A stretch of 64,000 nucleotides of DNA from Camelus ferus (Eukaryota). A model generated the notes under the pieces. The model saw only the letters and a list, made by a program, of their open reading frames with translations. It was not told where the DNA came from and searched no databases. The position numbers and the translations under genes were made by a program. Below are positions 52,761 through 64,000 of the stretch, piece by piece; within the stretch, counting starts at the first letter, position 1, and each line of letters begins with the position of its first letter. The stretch spans positions 21,454,001 to 21,518,000 of the forward strand of contig NC_045697.1 of NCBI RefSeq assembly GCF_009834535.1, read 5' to 3'.

Positions 52761-54198
52761 TACTGGCATATTATCTCGGTCATAATTTATATTATAATAA
52801 TATTATAGAATTATATAGATAACCCACGGCATATACATAAAAACCATTTGGTTGATATTTACAAACTAGAATGCAAAATGTTTGCATGCTACAAAACTGT
52901 TTCCAGAATTTTTTTTAGATTATTTTATGGTTATGCTATAGTGAAAATGATGGACAAAGCAAAAACTCAGGTCCATATAAAATTTTTAAAGAAAAAAATG
53001 TAAAAAAAAAGATGACTAATAACTTAAATATTGAAGTGATAAAGTTTATAAAACAGCTCACAACAGCATCACAAAAGTTTTGTAATACACTAAAGAGCCT
53101 TTAGGATACTACTTTAATCATGTGCATTGAAATTAAGTTGTCACTATACGTAAGTGACTAGAACAAAGCCTTATTAAAACATTATGCAAACTGGCATAAT
53201 ACTAAATGCTGTAGTTGCAACTTGCACAATATGTATTATTGCCTATGTTATTTTACTGTTATAGGCTTTGGAGATATCAAGATAAAAAGAAATTAAAAAT
53301 CCTTTTGCAATAAGCAAGTTTTCTCTTTCTGAAAATGTAGCTTAGCAACTGACCATACCCTATTAGAAGAAAGATAGCAACAAATACAAAAATAACAAAG
53401 TATTTTGACATAAAATATACAGAGGGGAAATGTGAATATCCAATAAATATTTTAATAGATGATGAATATCAGTAGTAATTAAGGAGGGATTAACTGTACT
53501 GTGACTTTTTCTCTATTAGATCGGTGTCATTTATTTATTTATTTACTTACTTGTGTTTTTTTTTTTTTTTTTGCTGGATAATTTACATAAAAAGATATAT
53601 GTTTAGTGTCTACTAACCCCAAACAATTTCACTTTCACTCATTTAGCCTGGGGAAATACACCTTCATTCAAAAAAGTATGTATAAGCATTGCACTCACCC
53701 CTTTTATTAATAAAAAAGCAATTGGAAAAACCACATTATTGACTGAAGGAGGAAGAATGTGCTCTGATACAAGAGAAGCAGACGTGGATATTTCACACAG
53801 GCCCCCATGCTTGGTAACATGGTACTCAACTCTCACAACTAGTGAGCCCCAGGTTCTCTGCTTGGGATGGTCAGGGAACTCTTAAGTGAGCTGGTGCAAT
53901 TACCCTGAAAGGCCTAAATTCTCTTAGACTCTCTGATGAGAGTTTACAAAGATGCCAAGTGGGATGTGCTACTAGTCATCAACAACCGGAGAAGCAGAGA
54001 CAAAGAACAATCAGGTCAGCATACCAGCAGACTGTCATGAGAATGGTAAGTTATTTATTATCATAGGTAATATTTATGGTAACCCATATACACTTAGTAC
54101 GTGCTAGACTCTGCTCTAAGTGTGTGTGTGTGTGTGTGTTCAGTTTGCTGAAACACAATTATTTACTAAAACAAATTAAAAGTTTGCATCACCATCAT

Positions 54199-54383
54199 TG
54201 TGCTTGGATAGAATAATTGGCACTAAAAATTATGCTCCCACCATGTCTGGGCTTTATAAATTTTCAGTCACTCCCAGAGAGGCCAGGTGCTCTCCCATAC
54301 CCGTTGGCTTTGAGGTTGGCCATCTAACTAGTTTTGGACAAAGGGGCATTAGCGGAGATGATATAAGCAGAGTTTTAAAAGAG

Positions 54384-54416
<33 letters not shown>

Positions 54417-54590
54417 CATTGGACTTGCCCCATTATGATTCTGCATTGCATTCTTCAGCAGATGCCCTTTCATCTTGGGGCCCAGAATGAACACAGGAGG
54501 AACAAAGCTGCTCTAGCTGATCCATCGACATGTGAGAAATCCATGCTTAATTCTGAACACCATGGAGTTACTGTGGCATTATCCTCTATC
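54199..54590 (+). mobile_element. Old MaLR LTR (MLT1I/J-like) containing a (GTTTT)n tract at ~54383-54414
   Basis: ttggctttgaggttggccatctaactagttttggacaaagg and cttggggcccagaatgaacacagg motifs. Confidence 0.7.
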
Positions 54591-55449
54591 ACATACCAAT
54601 TGTTTATTAATATGGTTGTAAGCCAGACAATCCAGAATATACTTAAATTAATTGTTGTAGTTATCATCGAAATGAAAAGCTTGGACTGAAAAAATATTAG
54701 CATGTAGTGATGCCCTCAAGGAGAAGTTCAGAGATTCCTGATAGTGGCGGGGGGCAGCAGGGTGAGCATTCCTGACTTAAAAGTTTATCGGAGCAAATGT
54801 CTAGACTAGGAATCTCTTACCCCATGCCATTCTGCCCAACCTCCGCTTGTGGGACCACTGGTACTGAATATAAATGGGACCATAAATAGGAGCTCGGCAG
54901 GCTATTTTAGAAACTCGCTGAAACTTTCTCATGCCTCTGAAAACAGATAATCTTAAGTTACTAATTTGGAATCTGATCTATTGTATAAAAACTCATATCA
55001 AAGATTTATAAATGCCCCAGAAAAGAATTTGGCTTAAAAAAGAAAAGACTTGGTAGAGACAACAAGAAGGAATATTATCTGTAAGCTTATTGTGTGATTA
55101 CTTGAAACTCATTTTAGACCAAGCCTGCTCTTGTGTTATTATCACATCCCTACTTACAGAAAGAGTGAACATCCTACAAGTAAATACAGTATTTTAACTG
55201 AGACTCTGTCATCACAAGCTTATGAAAAGCGAAAGCCCAAGGGAATCAGCAGTCTTCTAGGGAGGGAAAACAGTTCCACTCTGTTCAAAGTTTATTCGCA
55301 GTTGAAATGAACACACGGATTCTTTCTTTCCACGTACATCGTAAGTTCCTTTGGAGTTGTGACTGGATCTGACACTGGGAATTCCTAATCAGGGATACTA
55401 ATCAAGTGTATCATTTTTGTTCAGCCCCTACATTTTCCGGGTATCAAAG

Positions 55450-55650
55450 GGCAGTGTGTATACTGGTTAGAAGTAAAGGATCTGGAGCTAGACGGATCAG
55501 AGTATGAGTCCTATCTCTTCCACCTCCCAGTTGCCTGACCTGGAATTCCATTTATAAAGGACAGAACAGTAATGACTTCAAAACTGATTAAACCAGTAAA
55601 GTGTCTTACACAGTGGTTGACCTATGGATTTCACTCAGCAAATGTTAGCC
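55450..55650 (+). mobile_element. MIR SINE
   Basis: ggcagtgtgtatactggttagaag...tctggagctagac...gtaaagtgtcttacacagtg...cactcagcaaatgttagc. Confidence 0.65.
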
Positions 55651-58429
55651 ACAAGGGGCTGGAAAATGTGAGAGTAAAGATCTCTTCTACCTTTGTAGGT
55701 TTCCCTGTGTGAAACATACTCTTATTTACCGGGAAACGTTGATGTTAACACACGTATAACTAAATTGTGCCCTTTCTTTCTCAGCTCATGAAAATCTTTC
55801 TCTTTCTCATGAAATATCAAAAATATTATGACTAACCACATATGCTTATTGCCAGTTTTTCACTTCTAAATTAGTATTTTGTATATCTAAACTGTACAAT
55901 TTAGCAAAAATTCCCTGTCTTTGTTTCTCTGTTTTTCTTTAAACAAAGACAGCTGTACAAAGGTATATTTTACATACTATAATATTCATCACTGTAAGTG
56001 TATATAGTCTGATAATTCTTAGAAATTGTGCAATTATTCAGCCATGATAATCCTTTATAATTATTATTATAAGCATTATAATACTTCCATCCAGCAAGAT
56101 GGCAAAACATAATATTTCGTACATATTTAAGTTCTAGTTTAGAGAACGTGCATTTTGGGAGAATCTGTGAAAATTACATCCATGGAAAGAGTTTGGACAA
56201 CCTCTTGGGCAGAGGAGATAGCTATGTTCAGGGAGATGTCAGAGGTGAAAAATGTCTTGAAAGGCACACTGTCTCTAAACCACTGAAATGTGGTTGAGAC
56301 CAAAACTATTTTTTGTTTTCTTAGGATTTGGTCTTTGCCTAGGTCTCAGGTTGGGACAGAATCCAGAGAAACTTGAGATATAGACACAAGGATATATTTT
56401 GAGATACTATCCAACCACTTCTAGAAAAAGACGAATCTATTATGGCTGGAATAAGGATAGGAAAAAGTAGACATAAAAGAATAACAGGGATTCCAGCTGG
56501 GGCAAAGTGAATTTAAAAATTTTCTTAAGCTTGTTAATGAAAATCAGCAAAACACAGAGATTGAGAAACCTGGTGCCCTCCTCTTTTCTCTGTAAGAAAA
56601 AATTTACAACTGGAGTTTCTGAAAGTCTACTTTTAATGTTACAAGATATGCCTCTCTCTGGGTCATGAGCTATTGAAATGAATTGAATATGTGCTTGTGT
56701 TAAGATGTAGCAACTGATTTATATTTTATATGGGATTGGTAATATTGAAGAAGAAACAAAGAATTTAGTGAGCTACCCCAAAGACCCACAGCAAAGAAAG
56801 AGTTGTAGCAGTCCAAACAAATGTAATTTGATGGGAAGTGGCGTCTGACTTCACTTTGGGTAAGAAAGATATTAAAAATGGAAGGGAAAAGCCCATTTGT
56901 AATGCCTTTTTCTTAGAACCAGCACTTCACAGAGAAAGAATGGGGAAAATATAATGTTAAGCATCTCAAAGAAAACTCTGCATATAAATATCTCCCACAT
57001 ACTAAGTTAATTTCACCACTTGGAAATGTCCGTGTCATGAAGGGAAATATTCCTTTAAAATTTAAAGTGGCAATACCAACCATCAGTTATTCGTTACTGA
57101 ATTTCCTCCTCTAACAGTTAGCTAAGGTCAGCTATGAGAGGTCTATGGGATAGTCTAGTAAACAATTCTCAGTTGATTTACGTACAACTTCCACAATGCA
57201 GTCAAGACATTTATCTGAAGATTTCTTGCCATATATATTTTAAAATCTTAAAACCTGACTCTATATTTTTGTTGCCTTGACTACTAAAAGACAACAGTAA
57301 CCCCCAGCTGCCTATGTATAAAGAAGTATAGACGCCAATGAGGTACAGTCCGTGCTTAACATTAACAGGCAAACTGTTCAAATTAGTCTGCCAGCTGAGC
57401 TACTATGTTTTTGGACATGTTTCTCATTATGATTCAGGTAATTACTGCATTTTATTATTTGTTAAACTATATATGGAGTATCACCAAAATATTCCCAAAC
57501 TTCAAGACTACTGAAGTCTTACACATGTTCTGATTTGAGGTGACAGCCCAATGGTGACACTTTCCATTGGATGGTACCTGGCTGACTTCGCCTTGCAACG
57601 GTTTGAATGCAAACACAAAGAGAGAATAAGAAAAGGATAAAAGTGAGGCTACATAATAGGGTAATAGCTAATAGGAAGCAGACTCGGAAAGAAATGTGCT
57701 GAATAACCAGAATGGTGGAACTACTAGGTTAATGAATGATTTGGGAGAGATGCTTAGCATAGTTTGACCTCAGAGAACAACCAAATGAAGTTACCATTGC
57801 ATCCTAAATAGCAATAAATGGAACTTCATCTTTCTACCGTATTTAATTGTGGAAATGCTAAGGGGTTTTTTTGTTTGTTTGTTTGTTTGAAATAGTCTTC
57901 CCTGTGCTTGTATTTTAAACCTCTTTCACTGAATAAACTTGCATCACTGGGATAAACTGAATATATTTTCTTGCATTTTGGTAGATTCTAATATATAGGA
58001 AAATAAAGTTTATATTGCAGAAGTAATAAGCAGAAGTAGAGGAAGAAGTTAGAGGAGGGAAAAATAGAAATAGTCTCAAGTGTGGTAAGGGGAGATATCT
58101 GTGTTATTGGTTAATGGTCAGGCAGCCAGAGGCTTAATGAAGGCACTGAATGCAGAGGTAAGACAGAGCATAAAAAGAAAGTTGAAGATTTAGAAGACAT
58201 GCGGAGTGTACTTCGCAGGTTATTAAAGACTGTTGGTGGCAACATCTTGAATGTTGCTCATATATGTATTCTATATTGAAAGCATCTGTTATGTCCAGAA
58301 AAACCAAAGAATGTGACATGTTGTACATTATATAATCTTTTCCTTCCTCCTTTTGCTTTGGTTATGGTTAAATTTCCATTTGTTTTTATTTCAGAGATAT
58401 ATAAGGTGATATTAATCTTTATTGTGGAA

Positions 58430-58730
58430 ACATTTTTATTATGGAAAATTTCAAAAACATATAAAAATAGAGACAACAATACAACAGAACTTCATGGATC
58501 CTTTACACAACTGTAACCATTTTAACTCTGGGCCAATATTGTTTGTCTACACTCCCTTCTTCCTATTCCTCCAGGATTCGTTTGAGGTAGATCTAAGAAA
58601 GTTCGTGTTTCATTCATAACTATTTAATATTTATCTGTAAAAGATGATTCTTTCTTAAACATAACCATTAATTATTAAGTATAAAAAATAGCAACGAGTC
58701 TTTAGCATCATTCAATACCCAGCAAGTGCA
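58430..58730 (-). mobile_element. Ancient L1 (L1ME/L1MC-type) 3' end
   Basis: ttttattatggaaaatttcaaaaacatataaaaatagaga terminus and aaacataaccat motif. Confidence 0.7.
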
Positions 58731-60671
58731 TTATTTATGCAGACTCTTTAATTCATAAAGCTATCCCTATATAACTTTAGGGCTCCAGAAAAAATACTGC
58801 AGATGCTTCATAAAAACATATTTACTATATTATTGTTGAGGTTAAATTCAGTTGCCCATGAAATTTTCTAAGATTATCTGATCAGTTCTTCATTCAAAAA
58901 GAAAAATCCAACATCAAAATTGTTTAAGAAATTATTTTGCTGTATCATCCAAGTTCCACGAGACTCTACAAATGTTAATATGATCTGGCATATTTGCAAA
59001 CTTATTTTAAACATTGAGCAATGGTTTTTATGCTTACTGTGCACTACTCATTGCAAGCATCCTTCCAGTTTACCTGTGTTTTGCCAAACACTCCATTTGA
59101 CCAATGAGCCAAAGTGTACTGTAACTGATGAACTGCAAGTGTATTCAATATATTTCTGGTAAAATCTGAGTCAGCATAAAGAGTCTACGAGAGGGCAAGA
59201 ATTAGCATGACATAATGCTGAGTACAGTCTCTTCCAAGTTAAAGATCTGAATAGCAAAATTGAATCCATGGAACTATATTGATTTCCTAGAATAAAAAAA
59301 TCCAGGCAACCTCATTTCAGTCTTTGGTTATAGGTAATACAAACATCCTTTGATTGACATAATGTAGAATATTTTGAATTGCTGTGAATTGTAATTTTTA
59401 AGTCTTTCTGCATAGAACTCTGCTCTAATGGGGAAAGTGTGTATATATTTGCATATATATTCATGTGAATGTGTGGACATATGTATATATATATTTAATT
59501 CTTATTAATTAAATAAATGAAATGCAACAAAATGTCAAATATCATTTTGCTACATAATTTTAGCAAGGCTCTGCAACAGCTAACACGTTATCTTGTTTTT
59601 AAATAATATGTTCTGCCCACATTGAATTATGAATAGTTTAGTCTTACTAATTGTTTTTTTCAAAAACTCCAGTTGTGATTTTTACTTCATGTGCTAGATA
59701 TTTTTCCTTTTGTATTTCTATTAATATTCTCCTACTGGCTACTTACTAATTCTTTGGGTAACCTTTAATCTTATCAACTTATTATATTCTAGAAAAGTAA
59801 CATCCAAAGTCATTTTGTGCTAACTGTAAAAAACAGCTTTAAGATCATGATTAAAGGTAGAAAGTTCAAATTCTTTAATTTTTGAACAGAATCAGTTCTG
59901 TTTTCAAAACATAACACCCATAAAAATCCTACTTCTTTATTTAAATTAAAGAAAATCTGTGTCTATTAAAATGGTTTTCCCTAAATTCTGTAAAAGAAGA
60001 TTCAATTATCATTTATGATAAAATGACTGTTCTTAGAAATGAATTTATTGGCATTTACAAAAATCAGAAGTCACTTTTGTCATGTCATATATATACTTGC
60101 TAGCTCTGGAGGATTAAAAATACATTTACATGAAAATTTTACAGGAAAAAAAAAACTAGCCATGTTTAAAATTAAAGCTTTTTAGGCAATTAGATTTTTA
60201 GCCAAATAGCATAAATGAGCAGGTTGGCAATTCTAAAATAATGCCAAAAAGATGCGACATTATTTGAGAAATGAAATTGTTTTCGCTTTAGAAAATATAT
60301 TTTAACAATCTGCCAACATCAAGAATACATGTCATCTGTATAGCAGAAAAAAAAAGCACATTGCTCAGTACTTTACCATGTCTTTCACATTCTTTTGCTT
60401 TTCATTTCATTTCATTCTTCTGGTGCTGGCTATTACTTCAAAAACTTACACCAGTTGGCAAAGGCAACATATCATTATTGAAATATGAGTGCACCAAAGA
60501 TTCTCATACCAATTTTTTGTTATGCATAGTATATACACGTATCAGTCATATAAATGGAGTCCTGTAATGAAATTCACAAAAAAACAAATCAAACTTTTAA
60601 AATTTAGTTGTTCTTTATAACACAATAAAAGTAAAGAGTTTCTCTCTCTGTGTTCTAAGTCATCTTATAAT

Positions 60672-61607
60672 TAGGGTGGTATTGTAATTTATCATCCAAA
60701 CAGAAACATTTTAAGAGTGAAAGGGACATTATTTTTTTTGTTTTCTTTTTTTAATTTTTTTAATTTTATTTTTTTATTGAAGTGTAGTTGATTTACAATG
60801 TTAGTTTCAAGTTTGCAGCAAAGAGAGTCAGTTATACAAACTCACATATATATATACATATATACACATATATTTTCAGATTGTTTTTCATTATAGCTAA
60901 TTACAAGAAACTGAATATAGTCACCTATACCATACAGTAGATCCTAATTGTTTATCTATTTTATATATAGTAGTATATATCTGTTAATCCCAAACTTGTA
61001 ATTTATCCCTCCACCTCCCTTTCCCCTTTGGTAACCATAGTTTGTTTTGTATGTCCATGAATCTATTTCACGGTTTGCAAATAAAATTTGTATCATTTTT
61101 TAGATTCCATATATAAGTGATATAATATGATATTTGTCTTTCTCTGTCTAACTTATTTCACTAAATGTGATAATCTCTAGGTCCATCCAGGTTGCTGAAA
61201 ATGGCATTATTTCATTCTTTTTTATGGTTGAGTAGTATTCCACTGTGTTTATTTTTATATATATATCTTGTTTTCTTTATTCAGTAATTTGTCAATGGAC
61301 ATTTAGGTCATTTCCATGTCTTGGCTATTGTAAATAGTGCTGCTATGAACATTGAGGTGCACATGTCTTTTCAAATTATATTTTTTCTGGGTATATGCCC
61401 AGGAGTGGGATTGTGGGATTATATAGTACCTCTATTTCTAGTTTTTTTAAGGAACCTCCATACTGTCCTCCATGGCTGCACCAATCTACATTCCCACCAA
61501 CATTGTAGGAGGGTTCTGAAAGGAGACATTATTAAACATGATCTAGGAAGAGGAGATATAAACTAGGACTATTACAATGCAAAACAGGGCCTATGATTAT
61601 TGTCTTA
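60672..61607. mobile_element. MER94-like hAT MITE split by an L1 insertion
   Basis: Left tagggtggtattgtaatttatcatccaaacagaaacattttaagagtgaaaggg. Right half resumes after 61516 to ~61607. Confidence 0.7.
60734..61516 (-). mobile_element. Cetartiodactyl-type L1 3'UTR plus ORF2 C-terminus, 5'-truncated, with 16-17 bp TSD
   Basis: T-rich tail then attgaagtgtagttgatttacaatgttagtttc. TSD tgaaagggacattatt (60718-60733) and tgaaaggagacattatt (61517-61533). Confidence 0.95.
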
Positions 61608-63241
61608 CCTATAACAGGCTGCTTCTACAGACATTTCAGGAACTTATCATATAACACTATTGGAATGGTGTCAATGAGCTGATGGGTCAAACTTAATACT
61701 GGGGAATAATTTAGACTCCATGGAGACAGGCACTTCGTGAACAAACGTTTATACTAACTTACTGTTTACTGAATCTTGATGCCCAAATGTTTCCTTCAAG
61801 TTATGAACTTTTTTTTTAATTCTTCCAGATGCTTGAGCATTCCAACAGGTGGTGCTAATTAGGTAAGTAGAATTGGCATAGCTGAGGATATGTGCTTTCT
61901 CCAGATTCATACACTGCAAAGCAGCATCTGCCCTGGAGAGTCAAAGTCCTCTGCTCCCCAGTCGTGCAGCATTTTTCATTGTTTCCTTTAAAACAAGGAA
62001 GCTGTCACCTCGCTAATATGTTTGTTTGCTTCTTTAGAATGGAAGCGCTTCCAGGAGTTTCACTACTAACTCCGAGAAGTAATGAAAAAAAAAACCTAAT
62101 TCCAAGAACTCCTGATTAATATTAATGAGAGAAATTTGTAAGTCAAACAACTTCAGATTATTCACCCCTGATCCATGCTTAAGAGCATGTTTGGCTAGAA
62201 AGGGGCCAGAAAACTAATTCCTCCAAGGAAGAGATGCTCTCTGCAAAGTTTGTTTCATACTGTGATTATATATTTACATTGTACATATTCAAGTTGTCTA
62301 CAGGTTTCTTAGAGAAGATGATGTTGTTGAAGGGCCGTGTTGGGAGAGAAAGATCTAAAATAGTCAGAAATTTTAAAATGCCTTCATTGATTATATACTC
62401 AATGATTATGTCCAATTTTACGGCCATTGTGACATTTCACTTGTTCATATGCCTCTAGATGGAGAGGTCAGAAGAATAACAGTACCAGGATAGCACACTT
62501 TTGATACTTAAACACTCCATTTCCCAATTGCCAAGTTAAATTCAATCTGAAACAGTAAGTTTATCCTAAGAGATTTTCTGGTGCTGTTGAGGCGGGTCAT
62601 TTGCTGTTGTTTATTAAGCTTAATTTTATCACAGGATTGTAGGCTCTTGGCAACCTGTGTGTCAGGAGGTCGCTACTCTGTATTTCTTCTTTATCTTGCA
62701 AATCTGCATAAGGAATCAGCATCAACTTCAGGGGTCTGCATATCTTGAAAGTCTTGCTGTGCAGACAAGAGATACAGCACAGTGCAGGGCAGCATGTTTG
62801 TATTCTGATCTTGGGAAGGCAACCCATGTGTAAAAACCATTTGCCTTTCTAGAAAGTTATTATTGGTTCCTTTAGTTTAATACATTGTTGTAAAACTATT
62901 CTATTGAAAAGTAAGTTACCATTCACTACTTAGAGCTAGATCAAAACACCAAGATCCACCTTTCAATTAGTAAAACGTCTTAAGTTTTTGTTCACAGTAT
63001 TAAATAACCTGATTCATGAATATTAAGTTTTCATAATTATTTGTTGCAAATAGAAATGAACGACTGCCAATGTTAGCTTATGCAATTTACAACAGCCCTT
63101 TGGAAGAGTATTTAAATGGAAAATATTCTGTTTTAAAATACTTTATGAGTGTCATTATACATTCTTCCCATGTAATTGATTACTACTGAAATCTGATTTT
63201 TAGACTAAATAAGTGTAAGAATGTACTTTTAAAAAGTATTA

Positions 63242-63415
63242 AAGGATTTTGTACAGCACAGGAAGCTATATTCAATATCTTATAATAACCTACAATGGAA
63301 AAGAATCTGAAAAATAATATATATGTATAACTGAATAACTTTGCTGTACACCTGAAACTAACACAACATTGTGGATCAACTATAGTTCAATAAAAAAAAT
63401 TAAAATTAAAAAAAA
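63242..63415 (+). mobile_element. Short L1 3'-end insertion
   Basis: gtacagcacaggaagctatattcaatatcttataataacc...ttgctgtacacctgaaactaacacaacattgt...ttcaataaaa plus A-rich tail. Confidence 0.92.
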
Positions 63416-63674
63416 GATTTATCATAATCAGCATATTTTATAGGTACGCTCAGTATAATCATATAAGTGTGTGAGAGCATCTGAGGTTCTGTGAAAGAGA
63501 ATTGGTGGGATGAAGGCGATCGAGAGTAACTTTAGGTTGTGTTGCTAAAATAAGCATTTATGACTCTGAGGTACGTTTTTTGTGCTCTTTCAATTTCCGC
63601 TAAAATAAAAGTCCGTGTTGCAGAAAAGGAAAAGTGGAGTGAATAAATTCTTTTTTAATGAGAAGTGGCATAAT

Positions 63675-63811
63675 GTGGCATAAGAGGAAAAACTCAGAGC
63701 TTTGTGTCAGAAGATCATGAATTAAATCCCATCTCAGCAACTACATGCATTTTTACCTGAGGCAAGTTATTTCACCTCTGCAAGCTCATTGACCTCCTAT
63801 GTGAAATGGGT
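63675..63811 (+). mobile_element. MIR SINE
   Basis: agagctttgtgtcaga...aaatcccatctcagcaacta...cctgaggcaagttatttcacctctg. Confidence 0.75.
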
Positions 63812-64000
63812 TGTGCTGGAGGTTCCGACTTGCCTGGGCAGATCTACACTCCACTCCTCTCCATCCTGCTCTATGCCTCTGGAGGGTGATATTTACAGAA
63901 TGAACCAACCAAAGATCCTGATCTTCTGAACTTTAATGAATAGGAAGCACCAATAGGATGGCAATAATAGAAGTTTGATGTTTATGCCCTTGGTTCTTTC
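63812..64000. mobile_element. Old ERVL LTR (LTR33/LTR16-like), running off the window end
   Basis: cagatctacactccactcctctccatcctgctctatgcctctggaggg motif. Confidence 0.5.

Noticed and set aside
1327..62827. Short ORFs in the six-frame track as host genes
   Set aside because: All are 60-139 aa, many low-complexity or inside repeats. The only recognisable ones are L1 ORF2 remnants or antisense L1/MaLR translations. No coherent coding exon chain.

Overview
AT-rich mammalian non-coding DNA (intergenic, or deep inside a large intron). I can support no host protein-coding gene, RNA gene or CRISPR array. The only protein-like ORFs are decayed LINE-1 ORF2 pieces. Roughly a third of the window is recognisable interspersed repeat: old and young L1, L2, MIR, MaLR/ERVL/ERV1-type LTRs, hAT and Tigger MITEs, plus (TG)n/(CA)n microsatellites. 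The young L1 3' ends are of cetartiodactyl type, and I recognise no ruminant, pig or cetacean tRNA-derived SINE, which points to a camelid genome (inference). Repeat family names come from remembered consensus features, not a database search, and boundaries without a TSD are approximate. Best leads: (1) three independent ~0.7-0.8 kb young L1 insertions are 5'-truncated at essentially the same ORF2 position; (2) one L1 copy has its apparent 5'UTR fused directly to late ORF2, like a spliced or internally deleted retrocopy; (3) a 34-nt candidate non-coding/poison microexon with strong splice signals; (4) several nested insertions with readable target-site duplications (TSDs). I found no evidence for a new gene system.
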